Below, piece after piece: positions 28,585-37,329 of a stretch of DNA of 64,000 nucleotides. The position numbers were made by a program, and so were the translations under genes. The notes under the pieces are model-generated. The model saw nothing but the letters and a program-made list of their open reading frames with translations. It did no database searches and had not been told where the DNA came from. This stretch comes from a virus. The stretch spans positions 266,025-330,024 of the IMG/VR virus record IMGVR_UViG_3300042564_002819. The stretch is one strand, 5' to 3'. The stretch's first letter is position 1. Each line of letters begins with the position of its first letter.

Positions 28585-28869
28585 CTGTATTATAAGCTGC
28601 ATAAGGAGAGACCGGCAACTTGTGTAGTGCATGTAGTGACGACTTGCGGATAACAGGTGGGATCGTGACATGTTGTAAATCTTTATGTAAGGGGTCGACA
28701 CTTTATATAGAGAGAACGCTGCATACGCTGTGGGACCTCGGCGTATCATTAAGGTGATCAAATCACGCAGGGGTAAAAGCCCTAATGAGGGGTCCTAGGA
28801 ATTAAAGGAAATACTGTGAGATATAGAAAGTTTTACGACGACTTCTAGGCTATAACCTAGGAGAATCAA

Positions 28870-29076
28870 ATGGCAAAATCACCTGTTTACGGCAGAGGCC
28901 GTAATCGTAAACATAGAGGGCACCGCGGCCCTGTTCACGCTGCGGCTGCTAACATCAATATGCGTGGCAAAAAAAGCAAACCTGACCACTGCTGGTGCTG
29001 TATTTGTATTGACATGCGTGAAGATATCTTGTATCGTATACACAAGAAGGAGATGAGAGATGAAAGAGACACGTAA
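28870..29076 (+). CDS. small basic Cys-rich ORF (doubtful)
   Basis: GGAGAA RBS but odd composition. Confidence 0.25.
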   Translation: MAKSPVYGRGRNRKHRGHRGPVHAAAANINMRGKKSKPDHCWCCICIDMREDILYRIHKKEMRDERDT

Positions 29077-29584
29077 GTATCTAGTATTTTTAGACATTGA
29101 CGGCGTTTTTACTAGCTCTCGTGTTCACTTTGCACACGCTGCTGCTTATGAAATGTGGCACAGATTTGATCCTGTAGCAGTTGATTTTATGAACAAGATT
29201 CATGACAGATATCCTGTGGAGTTTGTGATCATGAGTACTTGGAAGGACAACCTTCGCAGTGACGATAACAACGTAAAACACTGGGTTCATGCTGCGTTTG
29301 GCAACAGTGGCTTTCGTGGGCAACTTGCTACACCTTGGAAAACAGATCCTGACAACGTCATCTGGCAGCGTAAAGGTGCAAATGATCGTGCCTACGAAGT
29401 AAAAGAATATTTAGAACTATACGCAACAGATATAAAAGATTACATTTTGTTTGATGATAATCGCTATCAATTCAAAGAAGTGCTAGGCGTTAATCGCCTA
29501 GTTCATACAGATCACGAAAATGGTCTGTTATACAAGCATATGCTAAATGCTCATAGTTTGATGGGACAGTGGCACGAGCGGTGA
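29060..29584 (+). CDS. HAD-superfamily phosphatase (paralog 1)
   Basis: motif I LVFLDIDGVF; 174 aa. Confidence 0.55.
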   Translation: MKETRKYLVFLDIDGVFTSSRVHFAHAAAYEMWHRFDPVAVDFMNKIHDRYPVEFVIMSTWKDNLRSDDNNVKHWVHAAFGNSGFRGQLATPWKTDPDNVIWQRKGANDRAYEVKEYLELYATDIKDYILFDDNRYQFKEVLGVNRLVHTDHENGLLYKHMLNAHSLMGQWHER

Positions 29585-29616
29585 CATCGCTCGGAATAAT
29601 AACAAAGGAAACAGAG

Positions 29617-29826
29617 ATGACTAAAGAACAAGTTTTAAAATCGCTACCCACGTTTAAATTGCTGGCATGGGGAGAAACCGCAGAAACCAGCGGCAATGGA
29701 AAATATGTGCATTTTGATGCAAAAGAATCTAGTACACGTATCTTTACTATTGAAGCAATTCTTGCAGAACTAGATAAGCGTGACGACAATCCTAACCGAG
29801 ATTCTAGAAAAAAGAAGAAAAAATGA
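29617..29826 (+). CDS. hypothetical protein
   Basis: AAAGGAAACAGAG RBS then ATG. Confidence 0.3.
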   Translation: MTKEQVLKSLPTFKLLAWGETAETSGNGKYVHFDAKESSTRIFTIEAILAELDKRDDNPNRDSRKKKKK

Positions 29827-29909
29827 TTAAGTTGCATATTGCTAATTTGGTTAATATTTTGTTATCCAAATTGCAAGAGATATTGTATAATAGATTAATA
29901 AATTAAAGT

Positions 29910-30482
29910 ATGTGTAAGTTAGTTTTTGTTTATAGTTCTATGAATTCCGGTAAAAGCCTAGCTGTTCTTACCAAAAATTATATGTTAAAAGAAAAAGGTT
30001 TTAAGACTGTGCTCATGAAGCCGGCAGTTGATACTAGGACTGCGGCAACTGTGGCTACACGCTTAGGCTTAGAAGAGCCCTGTGTTGTACTAGGAACAAC
30101 TGATTTGCCTAGTCATACTATACTAAAATCAGCACACGACAAGCCTGATTTTATTATTGTTGACGAAGCACAGTTTTTAACAAGCGAACAAGTTTGGGAC
30201 CTAGCTGGCTTAGTCGACAACTGGGGCATAAACGTGTATTGCTATGGTCTACGACTTAACTGGCAAGGAGAGTTTTTTACAGGATCGGAAGCACTGATGA
30301 AAATTGCTGATGTGCTAGAACCAATCGAAAACTTCTGTCAAATAAATAAAGGAGCACTAGCATTCTTTCATATTAAAAAAGCAGGTGGCGATAATCCTGT
30401 AGAAGTTGGAATGGAAGACATGTATGACACTGCGTCTAGAAAAGCCTGGAAGCAGTGGTATGACACAAAAAGGCCTCTGTAG
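29910..30482 (+). CDS. tdk: thymidine kinase
   Basis: VFVYSSMNSGKSLAVL P-loop plus FIIVDEAQFL; extended TGTATAAT promoter upstream. Confidence 0.85.
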   Translation: MCKLVFVYSSMNSGKSLAVLTKNYMLKEKGFKTVLMKPAVDTRTAATVATRLGLEEPCVVLGTTDLPSHTILKSAHDKPDFIIVDEAQFLTSEQVWDLAGLVDNWGINVYCYGLRLNWQGEFFTGSEALMKIADVLEPIENFCQINKGALAFFHIKKAGGDNPVEVGMEDMYDTASRKAWKQWYDTKRPL

Positions 30483-30548
30483 CTCAATGGATAGAGCAGC
30501 AGACTTCGAATCTGTAGGTTGGGCGTTCGAGTCGCTCCAGGGGTACCA
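30473..30548 (+). tRNA. tRNA-Arg(TCG)
   Basis: starts inside the tdk stop codon; loop CTTCGAA. Confidence 0.7.
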
Positions 30549-30610
30549 AAATAACACTTGATCTCTTACTTTGCATAGTGTAAGCTGTAAGTATAGTAAA
30601 GGAGAATCAA

Positions 30611-30790
30611 ATGTGGAAACTTTATATTATGGAATCTGAACGCGGTTGGGGTCAACGAGTTGACGAAATACTAAAGTTCGACACGTATGAAGAGGCCGAT
30701 AAATACAAAAAAGAATTTAACAGTAAAAACAATCTTCCTGAAGTGCCTGATTGGTACATGTATGCAGATGGACCTGTTAAAGTAGATTAA
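30611..30790 (+). CDS. hypothetical small protein
   Basis: 59 aa, strong AAAGGAGAA RBS, wedged between two tRNAs. Confidence 0.45.
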   Translation: MWKLYIMESERGWGQRVDEILKFDTYEEADKYKKEFNSKNNLPEVPDWYMYADGPVKVD

Positions 30791-30874
30791 GTCGCTGTGG
30801 TGTAATGGTAGCCACGACAGCTTGAGGTGCTGTTGCCGCAAGGCGTGGGAGTTCGAATCTCCCCAGCGACACCA
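30791..30874 (+). tRNA. tRNA-Leu(GAG)
   Basis: class II; acceptor GTCGCTG/CAGCGAC; loop TTGAGGT; variable arm TGCCGCAAGGCG. Confidence 0.75.
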
Positions 30875-30890
30875 ATTTTAAGGAATAAAA

Positions 30891-31541
30891 ATGGCTCTAA
30901 CTAGATTAATTGGCGACATTCATGGAATGGTAAATGACTACAAGGCCTATTCTATTGGGGATTTTAGTGGTCCTACAATTCAACTTGGCGACTTTGGAGT
31001 TGGGTTCGGTCAAAATGATTACTGGTATGAAAGCATTAATTCTTTTCATAAAGCAGGCAACCATCGGTTTATTCGTGGTAATCATGATAATCCTGCTCTG
31101 TGCAAAACTATGGACGGATACATTACAGACGGTAGCATTGAGAATGATGTAATGTTTATTGGTGGTGCTTGGAGCATCGATAATCCTAATGCACCTCCGG
31201 GTTGGTATAAGCGTACAAAGGACTATGACTGGTGGGAGGAAGAAGAACTCAGCAGTGACGAACTTGAACGTATGATTGATATCTATGCTGTAGTTAAACC
31301 ACGTGTGATGATTACACATGATTGTCCTAACATTATCAGCAGACAGATGTTTTTCAACAGTGGATTTCTAAAAGGTCCTGAATACCCCAACCGTACAAGT
31401 GCTGCGTTTACTCGTATGTTGGATATTCATCAACCCGACGAATGGTACTTTGGACACTGGCATTTTACAATGCAATACAAATACGGACGCACACTATTTC
31501 ACTGTCTTGGTGAACTAGATTACGTAGACGTAGAACTTTAA
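30891..31541 (+). CDS. calcineurin-like metallophosphoesterase
   Basis: GDIHG ... GDFG ... RGNHDNP motifs. Confidence 0.6.
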   Translation: MALTRLIGDIHGMVNDYKAYSIGDFSGPTIQLGDFGVGFGQNDYWYESINSFHKAGNHRFIRGNHDNPALCKTMDGYITDGSIENDVMFIGGAWSIDNPNAPPGWYKRTKDYDWWEEEELSSDELERMIDIYAVVKPRVMITHDCPNIISRQMFFNSGFLKGPEYPNRTSAAFTRMLDIHQPDEWYFGHWHFTMQYKYGRTLFHCLGELDYVDVEL

Positions 31542-31606
31542 GGTTGATGTTCTGTTGTGTACTTGCTATAATGCAAGTCACAACAGCACATTGAAAGAAT
31601 CTTAAA

Positions 31607-31930
31607 ATGTCGGAAACTACGTATAAATTTACTATCGGAGATGAAGGCATGGTTATTTCGGCTAGCTACGATACTGGTTGGAATGACAGTCTCAATTGTG
31701 GCGGCGTTGGCGGCTGGTCCGGAGTTATTAATAGTAACAGCGGAACATACGAATTTTACATGAAAAGTATTAAAAGTCTAAACGGCCTTGCTGTAAAAAG
31801 TAATGGAAAGGACTTTTGGACCGAGTATTACAATTCTAGCAGAGGTGTAGATGGATACACCGTGACTATCGAAGATAACACTATTACTGTTATTGCAAAT
31901 GAACCTCAATCTTTTCCATGGTGGAAATAA
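31607..31930 (+). CDS. hypothetical protein
   Basis: 107-aa ORF. Confidence 0.35.
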   Translation: MSETTYKFTIGDEGMVISASYDTGWNDSLNCGGVGGWSGVINSNSGTYEFYMKSIKSLNGLAVKSNGKDFWTEYYNSSRGVDGYTVTIEDNTITVIANEPQSFPWWK

Positions 31931-31942
31931 AGGAAAAACAAA

Positions 31943-32179
31943 ATGACTTATATGGCTACATTGTGGTATGCTGGTGCTGTGGTTATGCAACTAGGTTCGG
32001 AAGGACAAAATCTTAATGATTGTGAAATGTTAAAAACTATGATGATCACTGACATTGAACAAACATATTCCGATCCTAGTAAAATTGATGAACTTTCTAA
32101 ATCAATTTTTCCTACAAACCAGTTTGAAGTAACCTGTGAAACACAGTTGCTTGCAGTTGATGAGAAATACAAAAAATGA
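31943..32179 (+). CDS. hypothetical protein
   Basis: 78-aa ORF. Confidence 0.3.
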   Translation: MTYMATLWYAGAVVMQLGSEGQNLNDCEMLKTMMITDIEQTYSDPSKIDELSKSIFPTNQFEVTCETQLLAVDEKYKK

Positions 32180-32568
32180 CATCTAAACTTTATATTGTTA
32201 TGCGGCGTGATCTGTGGGATATGAACCCAGGCAAGGCTATGGCACAGGCTGCTCATGCTCAAGCAGACTTTGACCTGTATATGTTTGCTGATCCTAAAGC
32301 TGCAAAAAGCAAAGAAATTGCAGATGCTGTAATAGCATGGCGTGAAGATAGGCATTTTGGCACTACGCTAGTGCTGCACGAACCAGTGGATACATTTGAC
32401 AAGATTTCAATGAATGTAGCACATTGGGGCTACGTTACTGATCCTACATATCCGTACCGTAACTATTACGGTGAAGTGTTTCTTCGTAGCGAAGTTACCT
32501 GTATGTGGGTATTTGCCTACACTGAAGCAGAACTAAAATATATGAGTCAATTTGATCTTCACCGTTGA
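32176..32568 (+). CDS. PTH2-family peptidyl-tRNA hydrolase-like
   Basis: KLYIVMRRDLWDMNPGKAMAQAAHAQAD parallels the PTH2 motif [24 protein letters not shown]. Confidence 0.5.
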   Translation: MTSKLYIVMRRDLWDMNPGKAMAQAAHAQADFDLYMFADPKAAKSKEIADAVIAWREDRHFGTTLVLHEPVDTFDKISMNVAHWGYVTDPTYPYRNYYGEVFLRSEVTCMWVFAYTEAELKYMSQFDLHR

Positions 32569-32625
32569 CCTTAGGTCAGCTTGATGCTATGTTACATACA
32601 CAGAGAAACAACTTAGGCACAAAAC

Positions 32626-34764
32626 ATGATTATTAATTCAACTCCGGACAATATTGCAACTCTTGGCAACATTGATCAAGTCAGCGAATTTAAAATTCGC
32701 AACAGTGCAAAGGCATTTGGCATTCTTTCGAGTGGGCTTTATGCAAACAAAATTCGAGCAATCATTCGAGAACTAAGCTGCAATGCTGTTGATAGCCATG
32801 TTGCAGCTGGCATTCCTGATATTACTTTTGACGTGCATCTTCCTACTCCGCTTCGTCCGTACTTTTCTATTCGCGACTACGGAACCGGTTTGAGCCACGA
32901 TCAAGTCCTCAATATCTACACCACTTACTTCGAAAGCACCAAAACTAACAGCAACGACTTTATCGGTGCATTGGGTCTTGGATCAAAAAGTCCTTTTAGC
33001 TATACTGACAATTTTACTGTCATTGCAATTAAAGATGGCAAAAAAGGTGTTTACAGTGCATTTATCAACGACAACGGTGTTCCTGCTGTTGCTGTGATGG
33101 GCCAAGGAGATACCGAAGAACCTGCTGGTGTTGAAGTTAAATTTGCAGTTACTGACAGCGACGACTTTCACAAGTTTAAGTACGAAGCAGAACAAGTTTA
33201 TCGTTATTTTGCACTTAAGCCTAATTTTACTGGTGCAGAAGTTAAACTTACTGCCGTTGAGTACTCTGTTGAAAACGTTATTAATAATGTTCATCAACGT
33301 GCAGATGTTGACTATCGTAGCGGTCGTACAAATCGTGCAATTATGGGCAATATTGAGTATCCTATCGAGCTTCCACGTAAAAATACAGAACTCGGAGAAC
33401 TAAGCCACATTGATAACAATAGTCTTGATCTGTTTTTTGAAATCGGTGATTTGGATTTCCAAGCAAGCCGCGAAGGGTTGCAGTATACTGAAAAGACTAT
33501 TGCATCTATTTTGGCAAAATATCGCGAAATTTCAGATGTTCTTGCAGAAAAGTTTGCCAAGGAAACCGCAGGCATTAAAAATAAATGGGAACTTGCAAGG
33601 TTTGTAGTCAATCAATGCAATAGCCAATTGTGGTCTACTGCTGCAAGACAGTATGTTAGCAAACATAAAGTTCCGTTTGTTCACTGCTATTCACACGGTC
33701 ACGCATATCTAACTGCTGCCGATGTATCAATCAAGGTCATCGAAGAACAGTTCAATATTTCTGTACGAGCTTTCACAGTCGACGACGGATACAGCGTAGA
33801 TCGTACTTCTAGTGAAGTTAAGCCTAGCTATAGTCAGACTTTCTCAGTTTGCCCAAGCCAAAACATGAAATTTGTAAAAAACCCTGAGAATAAAAAAATC
33901 TGGGAACAAAGTAAGTATCACTTCAAGACGCAGACTGAGGGTAAACATCTTGTGTGGGTATTGTATGCCAAGGATCCTGCTAAGCCTGTGCTGTTTGACA
34001 AGTTTTTTAAGTTCATTTACGATCCTCCCGAAAACAGTATTTTTGAAGTAGAGAATCTTGTTAAGAAAGAAGTTAAACAACGGCAAAAACAAAACAGAAA
34101 GATTTCTACTCTGCGTCTTGCTTATCGTCAAAGTAGTTATAAGGACGAGTGTGTTTGGGAGCCTTATGTTCTCGATCAGACCCAACAACAGACTGAAACC
34201 AACTATTATGTTCCGATCAAAGGTTACCAGGCGTTTGACCGTAATAATCAACCTATTGACATCAAGCAGTATTATATGCAACTGATGAAAAGTAAGAAAA
34301 AGGAATTTCACAAGCTTCGAGTGTTTGGTGTTCGCCAGGACGACATTCCTGTTGTCGAAAGCCAAAGTAATTGGATTTTGCTGGATGACTTTCTTGCAGT
34401 TGAACTTGGACGGGTTACTAAAGAAGATTTCTTTGGAATGATTGTTGCTTCGGTTGACAAGAATAATTCAAGAATGTATACTTCAGAAAGGATCATGAAA
34501 AACTTAGATCCTAGCAGTCCGTTTGTACTGTTTGGTTCTAAGGCAACTACGGCAGAAAATAACACACTTCATTATCTTGCTGACTTGTGTAAAATTTATG
34601 CACCTGCGGTAGACGTAGAAAATCTTAAAAATGAGGCAAAAGCTGAAATGGAAAAGATTCAAACACGCTATCCTATGTTAAAACTTCTCCGCAACGGTTA
34701 TTACGACGACCCGGCTGTGGTAGAATATATCCAATTCGTCGATCAACACAAAGGATTGAACTAA
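32626..34764 (+). CDS. rIIA: rIIA-like protein (GHKL ATPase fold)
   Basis: 712 aa; N box IRELSCNAVDSH, G1 IRDYGTGLSHD, G2 GALGLGSKSPF; size and position next to rIIB. Confidence 0.75.
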   Translation: MIINSTPDNIATLGNIDQVSEFKIRNSAKAFGILSSGLYANKIRAIIRELSCNAVDSHVAAGIPDITFDVHLPTPLRPYFSIRDYGTGLSHDQVLNIYTTYFESTKTNSNDFIGALGLGSKSPFSYTDNFTVIAIKDGKKGVYSAFINDNGVPAVAVMGQGDTEEPAGVEVKFAVTDSDDFHKFKYEAEQVYRYFALKPNFTGAEVKLTAVEYSVENVINNVHQRADVDYRSGRTNRAIMGNIEYPIELPRKNTELGELSHIDNNSLDLFFEIGDLDFQASREGLQYTEKTIASILAKYREISDVLAEKFAKETAGIKNKWELARFVVNQCNSQLWSTAARQYVSKHKVPFVHCYSHGHAYLTAADVSIKVIEEQFNISVRAFTVDDGYSVDRTSSEVKPSYSQTFSVCPSQNMKFVKNPENKKIWEQSKYHFKTQTEGKHLVWVLYAKDPAKPVLFDKFFKFIYDPPENSIFEVENLVKKEVKQRQKQNRKISTLRLAYRQSSYKDECVWEPYVLDQTQQQTETNYYVPIKGYQAFDRNNQPIDIKQYYMQLMKSKKKEFHKLRVFGVRQDDIPVVESQSNWILLDDFLAVELGRVTKEDFFGMIVASVDKNNSRMYTSERIMKNLDPSSPFVLFGSKATTAENNTLHYLADLCKIYAPAVDVENLKNEAKAEMEKIQTRYPMLKLLRNGYYDDPAVVEYIQFVDQHKGLN

Positions 34765-35594
34765 TGTTTCCGTATATGATTCAAGGCAATAACATTGTTG
34801 TAGTTATCGGTACTCAACCGCATACTATCAACAAAACCCATGTTGCATACGAAAAGGTCAAAAACGCTATTCGTAATAACGACTGGGATACCGTAAAGAA
34901 AATTATCGACCCTGAGAAGGTTGTTCTCGATTATGGCAGCGGTCGTGTTGCTGTGCAAGGAGACAAGCTGTTCTGGGACGGTGTTGAAATGCACAACGCT
35001 CTGTCACGCCGCATGATTCAAATGCTGCAAGAAGACTTCCCGATTGAGCCGCTGGTTAAGTTTATGGAAAACCTCCACGAAAACCCGAGCTTCCGTGCAG
35101 TTAACGAACTGTATGGCTTCCTTGAAAAGAACAGCCTGCCGATTACTCCGGACGGTCACTTCCTTGCTTACAAGAAGGTGCGTGACGACTTTATGGACGT
35201 ACACTCGGGCACTGTGTCTAACAAGCCTGCTTATGCGTTTACGGACGAAGAAAAAGCTGCTATGCCGTTAACTTCGGGTAAGAAAAAAGAAGTTTCTGTT
35301 GCACTCGAAAATGGTGTAACTGTTATCTCGATGCCGCGTAACATGGTCAATGACGATAAGAATCAGACTTGCAGCGAAGGTTTGCACTTCTGCTCTAAAG
35401 AGTACTTGGGTCACTTCGGTGGTGAACGAATCGTGATCCTTAAAATTAACCCGCGTGATGTTGTTAGTATTCCTTCGGATTACAACAACAGCAAGGGTCG
35501 TGCTTGCCGTTACGAGATTGCTGGCGAACTTGGCGTTGATCCTGATACTGCATTTACTGCTGCTGTACAGGAAAATGCTAACACAGAAGCATAA
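34764..35594 (+). CDS. rIIB: rIIB-like protein
   Basis: C-terminal block QTCSEGLHFCSKEYLGHFGGERIVILKINPRDVVSIPSDYNNSKGRACRYEI closely parallels T4 rIIB (QTCSRGLHVCS...HPRDVVSIP.DYND). Confidence 0.75.
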   Translation: MFPYMIQGNNIVVVIGTQPHTINKTHVAYEKVKNAIRNNDWDTVKKIIDPEKVVLDYGSGRVAVQGDKLFWDGVEMHNALSRRMIQMLQEDFPIEPLVKFMENLHENPSFRAVNELYGFLEKNSLPITPDGHFLAYKKVRDDFMDVHSGTVSNKPAYAFTDEEKAAMPLTSGKKKEVSVALENGVTVISMPRNMVNDDKNQTCSEGLHFCSKEYLGHFGGERIVILKINPRDVVSIPSDYNNSKGRACRYEIAGELGVDPDTAFTAAVQENANTEA

Positions 35595-35717
35595 TATGAA
35601 ATTAGCTATTGTAATGATAGTCTCGTACATCCCGTTTTTTTACGGGATGTACAAAATGTATAAAGAAGAACAAGCCGAAAAAAATAGCCATCGTCCTAAG
35701 TCTTCTTCTAAAAATAC

Positions 35718-35746
35718 TTGACAAGCTTATTGTAGTTATATAGTGT
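35718..35746 (+). promoter_or_regulatory. sigma70-like promoter
   Basis: TTGACA with TATAGT/TATATA -10 candidates. Confidence 0.4.
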
Positions 35747-35776
35747 ATAAACAACGTAACACATAGAGGATTTAAA

Positions 35777-36220
35777 ATGTTAATCGTATTTGATATTGAT
35801 GGAACACTGGCTAACATCGAGCATCGTTTGGACTATGTTCGTAGCAAGCCCAAGAACTGGGCTGCGTTTGATGCTGGCATTCCGAATGATAAAGTAAACG
35901 AGCCTGTAGCAGAAGCATTCCGCTCGCTGTCTGCATTTAACACTATCATTCTTGCGAGTGGGCGGAATGAGCGTAGTCGCTCTGCTACTGAAAAGTGGCT
36001 ACAGAGCAATGGGTTTTATGAATACGAAAAACTCTACATGCGTAAGGCAGACGACTTTCGCGGTGACGACATTGTGAAGCAGGAAATCCTGGATCAAATC
36101 GTTGCTGACTACGGTAAGAAGCCGGACATGGTGTTCGACGACAGGCCTCGCGTGGTTCGCATGTGGCGTGATAACGGTATCTTTGTGTTTAACGTATACC
36201 AAGGTGAGGAGGACTTCTAA
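35777..36220 (+). CDS. HAD-superfamily phosphatase (paralog 2)
   Basis: motif I LIVFDIDGTL, motif IV VFDDR. Confidence 0.55.
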   Translation: MLIVFDIDGTLANIEHRLDYVRSKPKNWAAFDAGIPNDKVNEPVAEAFRSLSAFNTIILASGRNERSRSATEKWLQSNGFYEYEKLYMRKADDFRGDDIVKQEILDQIVADYGKKPDMVFDDRPRVVRMWRDNGIFVFNVYQGEEDF

Positions 36221-36517
36221 ATGACCGAAAAAACTGTAGATGAACGTATTCGTCAGCATTACCAAGTAAATAAAGGCGAATGGCTTGTTGAAAAAGGCAA
36301 AGTGAAAGAGGCAAAGCTGCTGAAAGAAGCTTGCGAAACAATTGAACGTCTGCGTAATCAAGCTGCTAATTCTGAGCGTCTTTATTGGGAAATGCTTAGA
36401 AAAACAGAGGCAAAACAGTCTGAGCTTTCAAAGCGTGAAAAGGATATTGCAGAGCGTGAAGAAAAGTTTGAGGCTCGCAAGGCTTCTTTCATTCGAGATT
36501 TTGAAAAATGGGTGTAA
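36221..36517 (+). CDS. coiled-coil protein
   Basis: 98 aa, K/E-rich heptads. Confidence 0.35.
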   Translation: MTEKTVDERIRQHYQVNKGEWLVEKGKVKEAKLLKEACETIERLRNQAANSERLYWEMLRKTEAKQSELSKREKDIAEREEKFEARKASFIRDFEKWV

Positions 36518-36559
36518 GCTAAAGCATATACTATGATTGCATAGCATTAATGCTATTTT

Positions 36560-36592
36560 AAAGCCTGGTTAAACTCCAGGCTTTTCTTTTGG
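36560..36592. terminator. bidirectional rho-independent terminator
   Basis: AAAGCCTGG-TTAAACT-CCAGGCTTT then TCTTTT; between converging genes. Confidence 0.7.
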
Positions 36593-37300
36593 TTCTAGCG
36601 TGGTTTGTTGAGGCGGCGGAGCAGGTTGTTGTGCTGCTCGGTCTCTTGAACGATTTCTTGCTTGTAGTTCGTTATCAATCCATGCTTGTGCAGTAGGATT
36701 CTTAACTGGTGTATTAAGCCATCTGCGTATAGGACGTTCGACTCTATTAAAATTAGGCTGTTCGCCGTTGTTATCTACTACAAAAAATCTATCGCCGAAT
36801 AAAGTTTTTAATTGTTCAGCACCTTGCTGTATTCTATCATATGTCGTTTTTATGAAATTGTGATCTATTTCTCTACCGTAGTCCGGACCAGGCACTTGAG
36901 CTCTTCTTTCAGCTCGTTCGATACTGGTTTCTAGTGTAACATCAACAAACACCATTATGGTTTCGTAACCTCTAGACTCTAATGTTTCTTTGATTTCCTT
37001 AATTACATTTGGATTTTTTGCTGTTCCGTTAACGATTAAGCCCATTCTACCTTTTTGTGATAATTCGTCTTCTTTTCTATAATGCTGCCAAAATTTTTCG
37101 TAATCTTGTGGTTGGCCTTTTTTCTGGTAAAGTGTCCAAAATTTATCTACATTTAGTTCTTTTAAGCCACTGCCTCTAAATAAACGACTAACTACTGTGC
37201 TTTTACCTGCGCCGGGAGCACCGGCCATAAAAACAGCCTTGAAAATGTTAGGATCGTACACGCCCTCTTTTGTAATTTGGGTGATTTCGTTAATCTTCAT
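36569..37300 (-). CDS. P-loop kinase (zeta-toxin/AAA_33-like)
   Basis: Walker A FMAGAPGAGKSTV; isolated minus-strand gene. Confidence 0.5.
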   Translation of the reverse strand: MKINEITQITKEGVYDPNIFKAVFMAGAPGAGKSTVVSRLFRGSGLKELNVDKFWTLYQKKGQPQDYEKFWQHYRKEDELSQKGRMGLIVNGTAKNPNVIKEIKETLESRGYETIMVFVDVTLETSIERAERRAQVPGPDYGREIDHNFIKTTYDRIQQGAEQLKTLFGDRFFVVDNNGEQPNFNRVERPIRRWLNTPVKNPTAQAWIDNELQARNRSRDRAAQQPAPPPQQTTLEPKEKPGV

Positions 37301-37329
37301 ACTATATTTATGTTTGAAATAAATATAAT

